This document shows, one piece after another, positions 27,386 through 36,176 of a stretch of DNA of 38,555 nucleotides. The DNA comes from a virus. Its lineage: Duplodnaviria; Caudoviricetes. The DNA lies in the IMG/VR virus record IMGVR_UViG_3300048598_000527, positions 1-38,555 of that record. One strand, written 5' to 3'. The notes beneath the pieces are model-generated. The model saw nothing but the letters and a program-made list of their open reading frames with translations. It was not told where the DNA came from and did no database searches. The position numbers and the translations under genes were made by a program. Positions within the stretch are counted from its first letter, which is position 1; each line of letters opens with the position of its first letter.

Positions 27386-27640
27386 CTACTTGATCAGTTT
27401 CAGTTCCCGGAGGTCTTTTTCCGTCCAGCCGATGTCTTCGAGGAGATCCTTGAGGAGCTTGGGACCGTAAGTCTTGTTCGGGTGGTAATGGATACCGACC
27501 CGCTTCTTGTCTGGACCGAGGTAGACGTGAATGGCACCGCGCCCGTCTTCTTTGGTCCAGCCGCTTTTCTTGAGTGCTTTTACGAGATCGTCTGCGGAAA
27601 GGTTCTTAAGCTGGTTCCACACCGAGGCGGAATATGCCAT
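27386..27640 (-). CDS. hicA: HicA family toxin (mRNA interferase)
   Basis: LVKALKKSGW..GRGAIHVY..RVGIHYHP..GPKLLKDLL. Confidence 0.88.
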   Translation of the reverse strand: MAYSASVWNQLKNLSADDLVKALKKSGWTKEDGRGAIHVYLGPDKKRVGIHYHPNKTYGPKLLKDLLEDIGWTEKDLRELKLIK

Positions 27641-27646
27641 CGATCG

Positions 27647-27943
27647 TTAGATGGCGACGCGGACATCCTCCGTCCACTTCTGAGACGGAGAACAGACTGA
27701 CTTGGCCGATTTGTGGGAAGGGTCGTCGACCGTCTTGAGGGGTATGGTGTCGCCGTGCTTTATGAGTGATTCGATATAGAGCATGGCGGCCGCCTTCGCA
27801 TTTTCGAGGGCCTCCTGCTCGGTATCGCCGTCGACATGAATGCCCTTGAGGGCGGGGCAGTAGGCGTAGTAGCTTTCGCCGTCCTTTTCGATGCAGATAT
27901 CTATGCTGAATGTGATGGTATTGCCTTTCATTTCGGTCGCCAC
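27647..27943 (-). CDS. hicB: HicB family antitoxin, short form without obvious DNA-binding domain
   Basis: IEKDGESYYAYCPALKGIHVDGDTEQEALEN; GTG 27943 with AGGAG RBS (alternative ATG 28027). Confidence 0.88.
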   Translation of the reverse strand: MATEMKGNTITFSIDICIEKDGESYYAYCPALKGIHVDGDTEQEALENAKAAAMLYIESLIKHGDTIPLKTVDDPSHKSAKSVCSPSQKWTEDVRVAI

Positions 27944-27982
27944 ATCGGGCTCCTTTCCTTCTGTGATATTTCGTTTTACACT

Positions 27983-28011
27983 ATTTTCCCGTATATGTGC
28001 GTTATTGTCAA
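27983..28011 (-). promoter_or_regulatory. Sigma70-like promoter for hicBA
   Basis: Minus strand TTGACA (28011-28006), 17 bp, GAAAAT (27988-27983). Confidence 0.6.
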
Positions 28012-28155
28012 CCGGTTTCTTCGTCATTACCATCCTCCGCCTCGTCGGATACTCCGAATATGTATCCTCCTCGCCCGATCCGCAATGTATTATCGGAAGA
28101 AATGGGCAAATGGGAAAGGCGGGCGGGGATGCCGCCGGGGCGGCGACGACCGGGC

Positions 28156-28869
28156 CTATGGGGCGGCCGCCTCTTTCCTGGCCATGGCGGCCTCGAGCTG
28201 CCTTCTCAGATTGACGGAGTCCGGGTTCCCTGGCTTTAGTCGGTCCGCCGTGTCGAGAGCTTTCTTTGACTCGGAATATTTCTTGAGTTCGTAAAGCGCG
28301 CGACTTTTCCAGCCCCACGCGTTTACGAGATCGGGATTCAAGGCTGTGGCTCTATTGAAAGCGGTGATAGCCTCTTCGTACCGTTTGCCGCGCAAAAGTA
28401 TCTCTCCCTTACGAGTCCACAGGTCGGCGTTGTTACCCCATTCGGATAGTGCGACATCCATCTGTTTCAACAAGGCCTCTTCCTGCTCACGAGGAGTTTC
28501 GCAGCCGAAAGCCACACGCTCTCCGGTTGTCCGATCGGTAATAAACCCCGCGTATACGCCATTGGAAGTGGGCGTGGAATCGACGAGATATGTGCGACCT
28601 TCCTGGGTAGTGACGGTCATGAAGCACGTGTCTCTCGAATACTGGATCGTCATGTCCCCTATTTTCTTATTGATCGTCATTCCGACAAGATGCTTTCCCG
28701 GCTTCACCGTGGCCGCCACGGTCCGTACCTTCTCTCCATCGCAGCTCTCGATGTTAATTCCCGGAGCGCCCTCGATCCGCGCCATGGTCTTATCCAAGGG
28801 CACGCTTGCGCATGAGACCAGGAGGCCAAAAAGGCCGACTGCCAGTAGAACAATCGAACATCTTTTCAT
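28156..28869 (-). CDS. TPR-repeat lipoprotein
   Basis: MKR..LLVS-C lipobox; ADLWTRKG..YEEAITAFNRATALNPD..AWGWKSRALYELKKYSES TPRs. Confidence 0.85.
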   Translation of the reverse strand: MKRCSIVLLAVGLFGLLVSCASVPLDKTMARIEGAPGINIESCDGEKVRTVAATVKPGKHLVGMTINKKIGDMTIQYSRDTCFMTVTTQEGRTYLVDSTPTSNGVYAGFITDRTTGERVAFGCETPREQEEALLKQMDVALSEWGNNADLWTRKGEILLRGKRYEEAITAFNRATALNPDLVNAWGWKSRALYELKKYSESKKALDTADRLKPGNPDSVNLRRQLEAAMARKEAAAP

Positions 28870-28880
28870 GGTTTCCCCCT

Positions 28881-29204
28881 CTATCTCCCCGGAGCCTGAT
28901 GGCTCCACGAGCGGGCGTTTTCCGCCGCCTCTTTTGGCACCTCGTCCCGCAGGACCAGTTCTTCCGATTTCTGTTTGAGCGGCGCGTGACAGTGCGGGCA
29001 TATCGTCGCCCCCAGGCGGACGAGCTCCATGCACTTCGGACAGTCGAGCCGCCGCCCTCGCATGCCCCAGGCCACGGCGATCCCGATAGGCCCGAGGAGA
29101 AAACCCCAGATCCCGCCGACAAAGGCATCGCCGTTTCTCGCCCCGGCCATGGCGGCCGCGATGATACACCCTACCCATATCCATAAAGGAAACAATAGAG
29201 CCAT
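28881..29204 (-). CDS. Membrane protein with zinc ribbon
   Basis: Two TM helices (GFLLGPIG) then CPKC..CPHC; GGAGG RBS. Confidence 0.8.
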   Translation of the reverse strand: MALLFPLWIWVGCIIAAAMAGARNGDAFVGGIWGFLLGPIGIAVAWGMRGRRLDCPKCMELVRLGATICPHCHAPLKQKSEELVLRDEVPKEAAENARSWSHQAPGR

Positions 29205-29224
29205 CGTGTTCCTCCGTATATAAG

Positions 29225-29246
29225 CAGGCAGTGCTGCACCTGCCTG
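29225..29246. other. Inverted repeat between cI and downstream membrane gene
   Basis: CAGGCAG-N8-CTGCCTG. Confidence 0.4.
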
Positions 29247-29250
29247 AACA

Positions 29251-29727
29251 TCACTCGGATGATGTTTCCTTCACATTCCCAGGGGATCCTCCGGGACGGA
29301 GTACTTTTTTTAGAGCATCCACCTCCCTGCGAAGCTCACTCACTTCTTTGTCGTGCCGCACTGCTCTTTGAAAAGCGAGGATATTCTCCTTCAATGCGCC
29401 GCTGTACTCATTGGGTGTGGTCAGTATTTCAACAACCGCCTCGACAAATATCCTGATGTCGGGGGCCATACCCGAATAAGAGACCGCTCTCTCATTCACC
29501 CCCGCAACCGGTTTCCCCTGGGTCGTTGCGGTAAAGCTCTCCGTATCCGCTGTGAGTCTGACCCCGTACTTGCTCTCAATGAGCATGACGATCGAGTTCG
29601 AGGGCGTGATCTGCCCCTTTTCAACCATTGAGAGCCAACCGGACGTTTTTCCAATACTCGCTGAAAATACTTTTCCGTTCAGCTTCTTACTCTTTCTAAG
29701 GATTTTTATCCTTTCGCCTATGTCCAT
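29251..29727 (-). CDS. cI: CI-like repressor (XRE HTH)
   Basis: IGERIKILRKSKKL..FSASIGKTSGWLSMVEKG..PS; divergent from cro-like gene; no S24 peptidase domain visible. Confidence 0.85.
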   Translation of the reverse strand: MDIGERIKILRKSKKLNGKVFSASIGKTSGWLSMVEKGQITPSNSIVMLIESKYGVRLTADTESFTATTQGKPVAGVNERAVSYSGMAPDIRIFVEAVVEILTTPNEYSGALKENILAFQRAVRHDKEVSELRREVDALKKVLRPGGSPGNVKETSSE

Positions 29728-29791
29728 ATCTCATTAATTGAAAATTTCTGTTGACAATATTTAAGTGACTGAATTATTCTCTCATTCATGA
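29728..29791. promoter_or_regulatory. cI/cro divergent switch region with pR-like promoter and candidate operators
   Basis: AT-rich; TTGACA 29751-29756, 18 bp, TATTCT 29775-29780; TCTCATT(A/C)A repeated at 29729 and 29780. Confidence 0.7.
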
Positions 29792-30078
29792 CGCAGATAA
29801 CGATGGAAGACAGGAAGCGATGCATCCGGATCAAGGGGGCTTTGGAGCTGCTCGGGATCACCGGTAAAGACATCGGTGAGGGGGCCAAGCCTCGGCGCGT
29901 AGGGCCGGCCATCACGCAAACCATCCAGGGCCACCCGCACCACCGGTCTCGCACAACGCGCGAGCTGATCGCCAAAGCCATCCGGACCCGCTGCACCGAG
30001 CTGGGCATGACCCTCGCCGACGTCGACCTCACGCCGGCGGATCTCTGGGAAGAAACCCCCCTAAAAGGAGCCGAATAA
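29788..30078 (+). CDS. cro: Cro/Ner-like DNA-binding protein
   Basis: Divergent from cI; IKGALELLGITGKDIG..AITQTIQG..IAKAI..DLW. Confidence 0.7.
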   Translation: MTQITMEDRKRCIRIKGALELLGITGKDIGEGAKPRRVGPAITQTIQGHPHHRSRTTRELIAKAIRTRCTELGMTLADVDLTPADLWEETPLKGAE

Positions 30079-30272
30079 ATGGTCTCCGTCGCTTTTTCCT
30101 CCTCAGAACGCAAATCGGGCTCCCCGCGTACTCGTGCGGATTTGGCCTCACAATCCAATAATCCTACGGGACCGGGGAGCCTGTCAATACATTTGTTATA
30201 CAGCGTGTCCATGGCTGCAATTGTAAACGGCCGGGTACCCAGGCGGCAATTACTAAAACGTGAGGATCTGTA

Positions 30273-30737
30273 ATGAAAAGCTGGGATGCGATGAAAGCTA
30301 TGGTCGGGAAGAACGTCGACGAAATGGCGCAGGTTTTCCGGAAGTCGACGTCGCTCATCTACAAGTGGACGCAGCCGAACGGTGACTACGGCGACTCGGG
30401 GGCTCTCAACCCCATCGACAAGCTCGCCATGGGCATCACGGCGGCCATGGGCCTGGGGGTTTCGAAGGCCGACGCCACCGCTCCCATCCAGTGCCTCGCA
30501 AACATTTTCGACATGGTCGTGATCGAGATCCCGAAGGCGCTCTCGACTCCGAAGGAAGTTACCGAGGAGCTCTCGAAGGTCATCGCCGAGTTTTCCGACC
30601 TCACGGCGGAAACGGCAAAGGCGCTCGATGACGGCCGCATATCGGGAAAAGAGTACGAGCGCATCCATAACGAGGTGTATCACCTCTGCAGGGCCGCCAT
30701 GGCCTTTAATCAGAAGGTCAAGGAGAGCGTGCGCTGA
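30273..30737 (+). CDS. cII: Phage regulatory protein, CII family (P2/186-like)
   Basis: KSTSLIYKW..SGALNPID; ALDDGRISGKEYERI; position after cro. Confidence 0.75.
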   Translation: MKSWDAMKAMVGKNVDEMAQVFRKSTSLIYKWTQPNGDYGDSGALNPIDKLAMGITAAMGLGVSKADATAPIQCLANIFDMVVIEIPKALSTPKEVTEELSKVIAEFSDLTAETAKALDDGRISGKEYERIHNEVYHLCRAAMAFNQKVKESVR

Positions 30738-31066
30738 TGGCCAGGGGGTGGAAGGCACGGCAAAAGGAGCGGGTGAAGGCGAACAAACCCGATCCGCTCA
30801 TGGAAGCGATCGCGTTGCTCCTGTCCCTCGGCTGGACCACGGCGGGCAGGACGGCAAGGGAGACCAGGCGGTACGGATCGCACGACGTCGAGGTCGGGGA
30901 TCGCCGGCGCTTCGTGCTCCCCTACACTCCCCGGGTCTGCACCATCGGCCGCGACAAGACGTGCTTTTACCGCGTCGGCGGCAATATGCAACCTATCGAC
31001 CATATGACGGTCCCCACCAAGGACCTCAAAGAGGTCGAAAGGGTGGCGAAGGGGGTGCCCGCATGA
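30737..31066 (+). CDS. Hypothetical early protein
   Basis: TGATG coupling to cII. Confidence 0.6.
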   Translation: MARGWKARQKERVKANKPDPLMEAIALLLSLGWTTAGRTARETRRYGSHDVEVGDRRRFVLPYTPRVCTIGRDKTCFYRVGGNMQPIDHMTVPTKDLKEVERVAKGVPA

Positions 31067-31320
31067 AAACTTACGAGGACAACGTTGCGGAGTACGAGGC
31101 GCTCGTGGCCCGCATCGAGGAATTTAACCGCCGGCACGATATGACGTTTGCCCTGCAGCCGATGCCGCCCAGGATAGGCTTCGAAGGCGGGGAGTTCCAA
31201 CTCGTGGTCGCTCGGACGGATCGCCGCGGGCAGATCCGATGGGTGGGCAACTGGCCGGCGACGATGGACGCATGGAATAGCTTCCTTGACGGGTTCGATG
31301 CCAAGGGGGCACCGGCATGA
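31063..31320 (+). CDS. Hypothetical early protein
   Basis: ATGA overlap; MKTYEDNVAEY. Confidence 0.6.
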   Translation: MKTYEDNVAEYEALVARIEEFNRRHDMTFALQPMPPRIGFEGGEFQLVVARTDRRGQIRWVGNWPATMDAWNSFLDGFDAKGAPA

Positions 31321-31433
31321 AGGCAAGGACAAAGGCAACACTGGCCGTGGTGGCTCTCTGGGCCATAGGCGCGGTCGTCGTCGGGTTCTTCCTCGCGGCC
31401 ACGGGTGCGAGCATCGCAATGAAGGTCATGTAG
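31317..31433 (+). CDS. 38-aa single-TM peptide (below ORF-track cutoff)
   Basis: ATGA overlap; MKARTKATLAVVALWAIGAVVVGFFLAATGASIAMKVM. Confidence 0.55.
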   Translation: MKARTKATLAVVALWAIGAVVVGFFLAATGASIAMKVM

Positions 31434-31628
31434 GCGGAGTTCTCGGATTGGGCGCGGCACCCGCTGCCGCAAGGACAAAGAACGAGGATCGGAATGGGAC
31501 GGCACGGTACGGCACGGAAAGCCACGCTCTTAACCTTCAAGGACATAATCTCCGCGCTCTATCAGGGATCGCATCTACAGGGCATCATCGGTGCCGTCCC
31601 CCGATCTACATCAAAGGCGAGGTGGGTC

Positions 31629-32045
31629 ATGAGTAAAGCCATGCGTCGAGTGCTCGACGCCATCAAGAGCATGCGCCCGGGACGGCTCACGATCGGACAA
31701 ATTGACGGGGGGTATGTGCGGCCCCGGGAACCATGGCCCGAGATGCACAGCGGCGGCCTCGTGGCGCTCGACCCTGACAAGGAAATACCGGCCGTGCTGT
31801 CGAGTTTCGATGGCATGCCCCACAAATACATTCCCGACCAGGTCCTCAGGTACGCTTACCCGGGAGTCGAGCCGGATTCCGTCTACATCGTAAAAGCCCG
31901 CGAGGCCTATCAATTCGGCTTCGGCCCCGTCCGCCTCTCGTACCGCTGCGTGCATGTCCGGAATGGATCGATCGTCCAGGAAAAGCTCGTCCGGGTCTAT
32001 GAGGACGTAGTTGTACCGGTGGAGGTAGCGCATGCGGCTCAATAA
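31629..32045 (+). CDS. Hypothetical early protein
   Basis: GAGGT RBS before ATG 31629. Confidence 0.6.
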   Translation: MSKAMRRVLDAIKSMRPGRLTIGQIDGGYVRPREPWPEMHSGGLVALDPDKEIPAVLSSFDGMPHKYIPDQVLRYAYPGVEPDSVYIVKAREAYQFGFGPVRLSYRCVHVRNGSIVQEKLVRVYEDVVVPVEVAHAAQ

Positions 32046-32682
32046 GAAATCAATCAGCGTCGTCGACATCGCCCACAAAGAGGAAAAGAGCCCGACCGTC
32101 CTCTCGATGGTTCGCTTTACGAAAGAGTTTGCCGAGGCGACCGACGGCTTTCGCCTGGTGCGCGTGACAAATCCTCCCCTGCTCGACGGCATTGAAAACG
32201 ATGGGCCGGAAGGCTTCGAGGCGTGTCTCATTTCTCGGGACGCGGTGAAGAAGCTCAAGGGCATTAAGGAAGTTCTCATCGACCGCGACGGCGAGCATTT
32301 CGTAATCGTTTATCCCGGCTTAAATCGGCAAGAGGCACCATACACGGTACGTCCGCCGGTCACCGGTCCGGAGACCTGGCCGGTCCACGAAGGCATTTTT
32401 CCCCAGGGCCCGGCCGAATACAGGGTCCTTTTCAATCCGTATCTGCTCATGGGCCTCTGCAAGATTGCGGCTCAATTCGGGGACACGGCAGTGATGGAGC
32501 TTCGGGGCGAGCGCGGCCCGATTTACATCGAGAGCACGGACAACGAGCAGAGCATGCGAGGCCTCCTGCAGCCGATCCGCCCGAAGGAAGAGCCGCAATT
32601 GACCGGAAACACCAACAAGAAGGGCAAGGCCTACACCATCCGCAAGGACAGAAAAAGCCAAAGTACCGGGGGTGAAGAATGA
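32032..32682 (+). CDS. DNA sliding-clamp (Pol III beta)-like partial protein
   Basis: ATDGFRLVRV, WP..EGIFP, FNPYLL, GLLQPIR. Confidence 0.7.
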   Translation: MRLNKKSISVVDIAHKEEKSPTVLSMVRFTKEFAEATDGFRLVRVTNPPLLDGIENDGPEGFEACLISRDAVKKLKGIKEVLIDRDGEHFVIVYPGLNRQEAPYTVRPPVTGPETWPVHEGIFPQGPAEYRVLFNPYLLMGLCKIAAQFGDTAVMELRGERGPIYIESTDNEQSMRGLLQPIRPKEEPQLTGNTNKKGKAYTIRKDRKSQSTGGEE

Positions 32683-32858
32683 AGCGGAGATTTCCGGACA
32701 TCTACACCAACAAGCCGCCGCGGCTCCTCAGTAGAAAGCTCCTGACCCTGATCGTCCTGGCGTTCGTCGCGGCGATCGCCGGTGGCGTGTTCACCGGGTA
32801 CCACGTAGGCCTCGGCGACGCCGAAGGGAAGTACATCGCATACCGGGTGCTGCCATGA
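32679..32858 (+). CDS. 59-aa single-TM protein
   Basis: ATGA overlap; LLTLIVLAFVAAIAGGVFTGYHVG. Confidence 0.55.
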   Translation: MKRRFPDIYTNKPPRLLSRKLLTLIVLAFVAAIAGGVFTGYHVGLGDAEGKYIAYRVLP

Positions 32859-33016
32859 TGGCCTCCTGGAGGATGGACGCAAGGCGGCAAATGCGGGCCG
32901 GCCTCCTGGTCGTGATTGTCGCCCTGGCCATGGGCGTCCTCGGCTACCTGATCGGCCACGGCCAGGCCGCCCTCGAGCACGCCCGGGTACCGGAGAGAGC
33001 GGCATGGACGAAGTAA
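32855..33016 (+). CDS. 53-aa single-TM protein
   Basis: ATGA overlap; LLVVIVALAMGVLGYLIG. Confidence 0.55.
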   Translation: MMASWRMDARRQMRAGLLVVIVALAMGVLGYLIGHGQAALEHARVPERAAWTK

Positions 33017-33345
33017 CCCTCGCCACGGTGGCCACCGGAAGCGGGGGGGTACTCGCCGACCGGGAGACGCGAACGCGCTGTCCGCAGTGCGGCCTGCGCC
33101 TCTTCCCGGACGTCTCCGCCAACCACTGCCATGAATGCGGCATGCATCACGACAAGGACCGCCCGCACGATGCGGACAGCCTGCTCTATCAGTTCCGTTT
33201 TTGGAGCAGGTACGGCCGCTACCCGACCCACGTCGACGCGATGGCGCACTGCCCGGACGACACCAAGGCAGCGGTCCGCCTCGAGCTCTCCGAGCGCGGC
33301 ATAGACCCGACCGAGCCGACCACGAAGTCATGGAGCGAGCTATGA
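33004..33345 (+). CDS. Cys/His-rich hypothetical protein
   Basis: CPQC..CHECGMHH..PH; YGRYPT..DAMAHC. Confidence 0.65.
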   Translation: MDEVTLATVATGSGGVLADRETRTRCPQCGLRLFPDVSANHCHECGMHHDKDRPHDADSLLYQFRFWSRYGRYPTHVDAMAHCPDDTKAAVRLELSERGIDPTEPTTKSWSEL

Positions 33346-33836
33346 GCAGCGAGCACCGCGTACCCGCCGGCGAGCTGGGCAACGATGGCGCGATTATGGC
33401 CACGCTTTCGAGCGGCCTCTTTCGCGATGGCACGATCGCGGGGACGTTCTCGCTCGGCATGGGCGGTTATGAGTACGTGTGCCGGGGCACGTCGAGCAAG
33501 GACGGCGCGCTCCTCCGCGTGTTCGCGCAGCGCGTGATGCCCCTGGAGGACTGGGAAGACACGGACACGCTCCCCATGGAGGCGGCCGACTTTTTCCGTG
33601 GGCGCGAGTACGCGGTCATCACGAACTATTACGGCCTCATAGTCGAGTGGCAGGGCCGCCGCGCCGTGATCGGCAAAGAGATAATCATCATCCCCAACGG
33701 CAAGGTCAAGCCCGTGGGCGAAGGCCGCATAAGCCGCCCAGGGGAGCCGCCGAAGCCCCTGGCCCCGATCGAGGCAAAGCCCCAACCAAAACACACACCG
33801 GCCCGCCCGGTGGCGCAGCAAGGGAGCTTGTTCTAA
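33342..33836 (+). CDS. Hypothetical protein ending in QGSLF clamp-binding-like motif
   Basis: ATGA overlap; Pro-rich linker then QQGSLF-stop. Confidence 0.6.
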   Translation: MSSEHRVPAGELGNDGAIMATLSSGLFRDGTIAGTFSLGMGGYEYVCRGTSSKDGALLRVFAQRVMPLEDWEDTDTLPMEAADFFRGREYAVITNYYGLIVEWQGRRAVIGKEIIIIPNGKVKPVGEGRISRPGEPPKPLAPIEAKPQPKHTPARPVAQQGSLF

Positions 33837-34081
33837 TGCTGAAAGCATACCGCCTCAACGATTGCGAAGCATGGGCCGGAGAGACGCTCGAGGACGCGAT
33901 AAAACTCGCCATGAGCGAAACCGGCTGCACCCGGGAAGAGGTTTTTTTCGAAGACTACGGCGAGGAACTGCCTCGGACCACCATCGGTACGGACGACAAG
34001 GGTGAAGCCATCACGGTGGGAGAGATCCTCGACGTAATGGAAGCCCAACACGACCCGGGCCTCGTATGGGCATGGGAATGA
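33836..34081 (+). CDS. Acidic hypothetical protein
   Basis: TAATG coupling; MLKAYRLNDCEAWAG. Confidence 0.6.
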   Translation: MLKAYRLNDCEAWAGETLEDAIKLAMSETGCTREEVFFEDYGEELPRTTIGTDDKGEAITVGEILDVMEAQHDPGLVWAWE

Positions 34082-34131
34082 GAGCAATACCGGCAACGCC
34101 GGCACCTATACAGAGCAGAGGAGATGCGGAC

Positions 34132-35817
34132 ATGGACGTGACGACAGTTGAGGGACGTTTGGAGTGGATCCCGGTGGTGAACATCGAGCCGAGTCCTTAC
34201 AACACTCGGCAGAACTACACGGGCGAGGCCTTCGAGGGACTCAAAGCATCGATCAAGGAAAAGGGGGTGCTTAATCCTCCCCTCGTGCGGCCCTTGAAGG
34301 AAAAAGGCAGGTTCCAACTCGTCGCGGGTGAGCGCCGCTGGCGTGCCGCGACGGCGGTCGAGTTACCGCAGATACAGTGCATGGTCAAGGATCTCGACGA
34401 GAGAGAGGCGATGGAATGCACCATCGTGGAGAACCTGCAGCGCGAGGACCTCACGGAGATCGAGGAGGCCAAGGGCTTTAAGAAGTACCTCGACGAATTC
34501 GGCCCCGAGTCGATCGACGCCCTGGCCCAGGGAGTCGGCAAGCTCGCGCAGTACATCCGGAGGCGCGTCCGTGTGCTCGAGCTGCCGGACCCGGTCCTCG
34601 AACTGTGGAAAGCGGGAGAGCTCACGTATTCACATCTCGAGCTCCTCATCCGGCTCGACGATCCCGCGAAGGCCTCGGCTTTCGCGAAAGACTTTGTGAG
34701 GCGCACGACCCTGGACTATGGCAGGACGGTCCCCGGCCTCAAAAATCTCATCAATCAACACACGCCGGCGCTGAAAACCGCAAAGTTCCCGGTGAAGGGA
34801 TGCGGGCAGTGCCCGAAGAACAGCACGCGCCAGGCGGAGCTCTACGGGTTCGAAGCTGGCAAGGGCAAAGAGATTGTGTGCTTCGACGCCGGCTGCTTTA
34901 AACACAAGCAAAACGACTTCCTCCTCGCCCATTGGAAGAAGACGGCCGTCGGGAAGAAGTACAAGACAAACGGCTTCCGCTTCGACGAGGGCCTCCCCTG
35001 GGATGCCGTGGCGACCATATACTCGCCGAAAGAGCAGTGTCTGCAGTGCGACGACTTTATCACGGTCGTTTACCTCTCGGGCGAGCCCGACCACAGGACC
35101 CAAGCCTGCGCAAAACCGGACTGCGCGCGAAAAACGTATCGGCAGCCGGCTCAAGAACGGTCGGTGCCCTACATCGACGTAAGAGCCATCCGGAGGGATT
35201 TCTATTACGAGAGACTAACGACAGAGATGGGTAAGCGCCGGTTTGCGGTGGTTTCGGAAGCAGGAGATGAAGAGAGTCTACGGACGAGCAGATTTGTCCT
35301 CATGGCGTTGGCCGGTTCCGATTATACGGTTCGTGATTGGTTTCAAAAGAAGTATGCGCCGGACAACAAGGACGTGTCGTACAGGGACGCTGACAGGTGG
35401 GCCCTCATCCAGGCTATGCCGCCGGACATGGTCCAGGCCGCTATCGTTGAAACGGTGAGCGTATCGATCGCATCCTCGGGTGATACGGCGATGCAGTCCA
35501 TCGGGAAGGAATTCGGCATTACCATCCGCGACTGGACAATCAGCGCATCATATCTCAACAAGAAGGACGAGAAAGGCCTCCGAGCGCTTGCGAAAGAGCT
35601 CAATATCCTGGCCGACGCCAACGTGCAGGCCTACATCGAGAAGCAGCTCGGAAAGGCCAAAGGACAGTGGCCGAGCGGAAAGCTCGAGAAGCTCGACAAG
35701 AAGCAGCTCAAGAGCCTCTTCCTGGAGAGCGGGCTCGACCTCAAGGGCAAGGTGCCGAAAGAGATCCTCGGCGACAAAGCCCTGCAGGACGAGCTCGACG
35801 AAGCGGCGAACGAATAG
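34132..35817 (+). CDS. parB: ParB/RepB/Spo0J family protein with Cys-rich extension
   Basis: LKASIKEKGVLNP, LVAGERRWRA, ENLQREDLTEIEEA, HTH, CGQC..CFDAGC and CLQC..CAKPDC. Confidence 0.92.
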   Translation: MDVTTVEGRLEWIPVVNIEPSPYNTRQNYTGEAFEGLKASIKEKGVLNPPLVRPLKEKGRFQLVAGERRWRAATAVELPQIQCMVKDLDEREAMECTIVENLQREDLTEIEEAKGFKKYLDEFGPESIDALAQGVGKLAQYIRRRVRVLELPDPVLELWKAGELTYSHLELLIRLDDPAKASAFAKDFVRRTTLDYGRTVPGLKNLINQHTPALKTAKFPVKGCGQCPKNSTRQAELYGFEAGKGKEIVCFDAGCFKHKQNDFLLAHWKKTAVGKKYKTNGFRFDEGLPWDAVATIYSPKEQCLQCDDFITVVYLSGEPDHRTQACAKPDCARKTYRQPAQERSVPYIDVRAIRRDFYYERLTTEMGKRRFAVVSEAGDEESLRTSRFVLMALAGSDYTVRDWFQKKYAPDNKDVSYRDADRWALIQAMPPDMVQAAIVETVSVSIASSGDTAMQSIGKEFGITIRDWTISASYLNKKDEKGLRALAKELNILADANVQAYIEKQLGKAKGQWPSGKLEKLDKKQLKSLFLESGLDLKGKVPKEILGDKALQDELDEAANE

Positions 35818-35831
35818 GAGGACCTGGTCGG

Positions 35832-36176
35832 ATGCCGAAGCACCGCAAAAAAGCCGCCGCGGCAAAGTCCGCGAAGAAGGAACCGCGCAGGCTCGAGCTG
35901 CTCGGCCGGCGGATCGGCATAGGGGACGAGGTATCGCTCCATTGGCGTAACAAGGAGGGCGTGCTGGTACCCTTGCGGGAGCTCGGCCAGTACGCCATCA
36001 TCGAGATCTACAAGCAGTTGTGGTCGGCTCCGGAGGCCAGTTTTCCGGCGCCGACCGCCCGGGAGTGCTGGCTACGGACCGTCCGGGAGTACGCGGCGCA
36101 TCGACACATAGAGCTGCCCGTCCTGGAGGCGAAGGACGACGGCCGGGAGTTCGTGAGGGAGGTAGAGAATGGCTGA
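35832..36176 (+). CDS. Hypothetical protein
   Basis: AGGAGG RBS before ATG 35832. Confidence 0.6.
   Translation: MPKHRKKAAAAKSAKKEPRRLELLGRRIGIGDEVSLHWRNKEGVLVPLRELGQYAIIEIYKQLWSAPEASFPAPTARECWLRTVREYAAHRHIELPVLEAKDDGREFVREVENG

Noticed and set aside
31434-31555. tRNA or c-di-GMP riboswitch
   Set aside because: No T-loop GTTC or anticodon arm geometry, and the riboswitch core sequences are not matched
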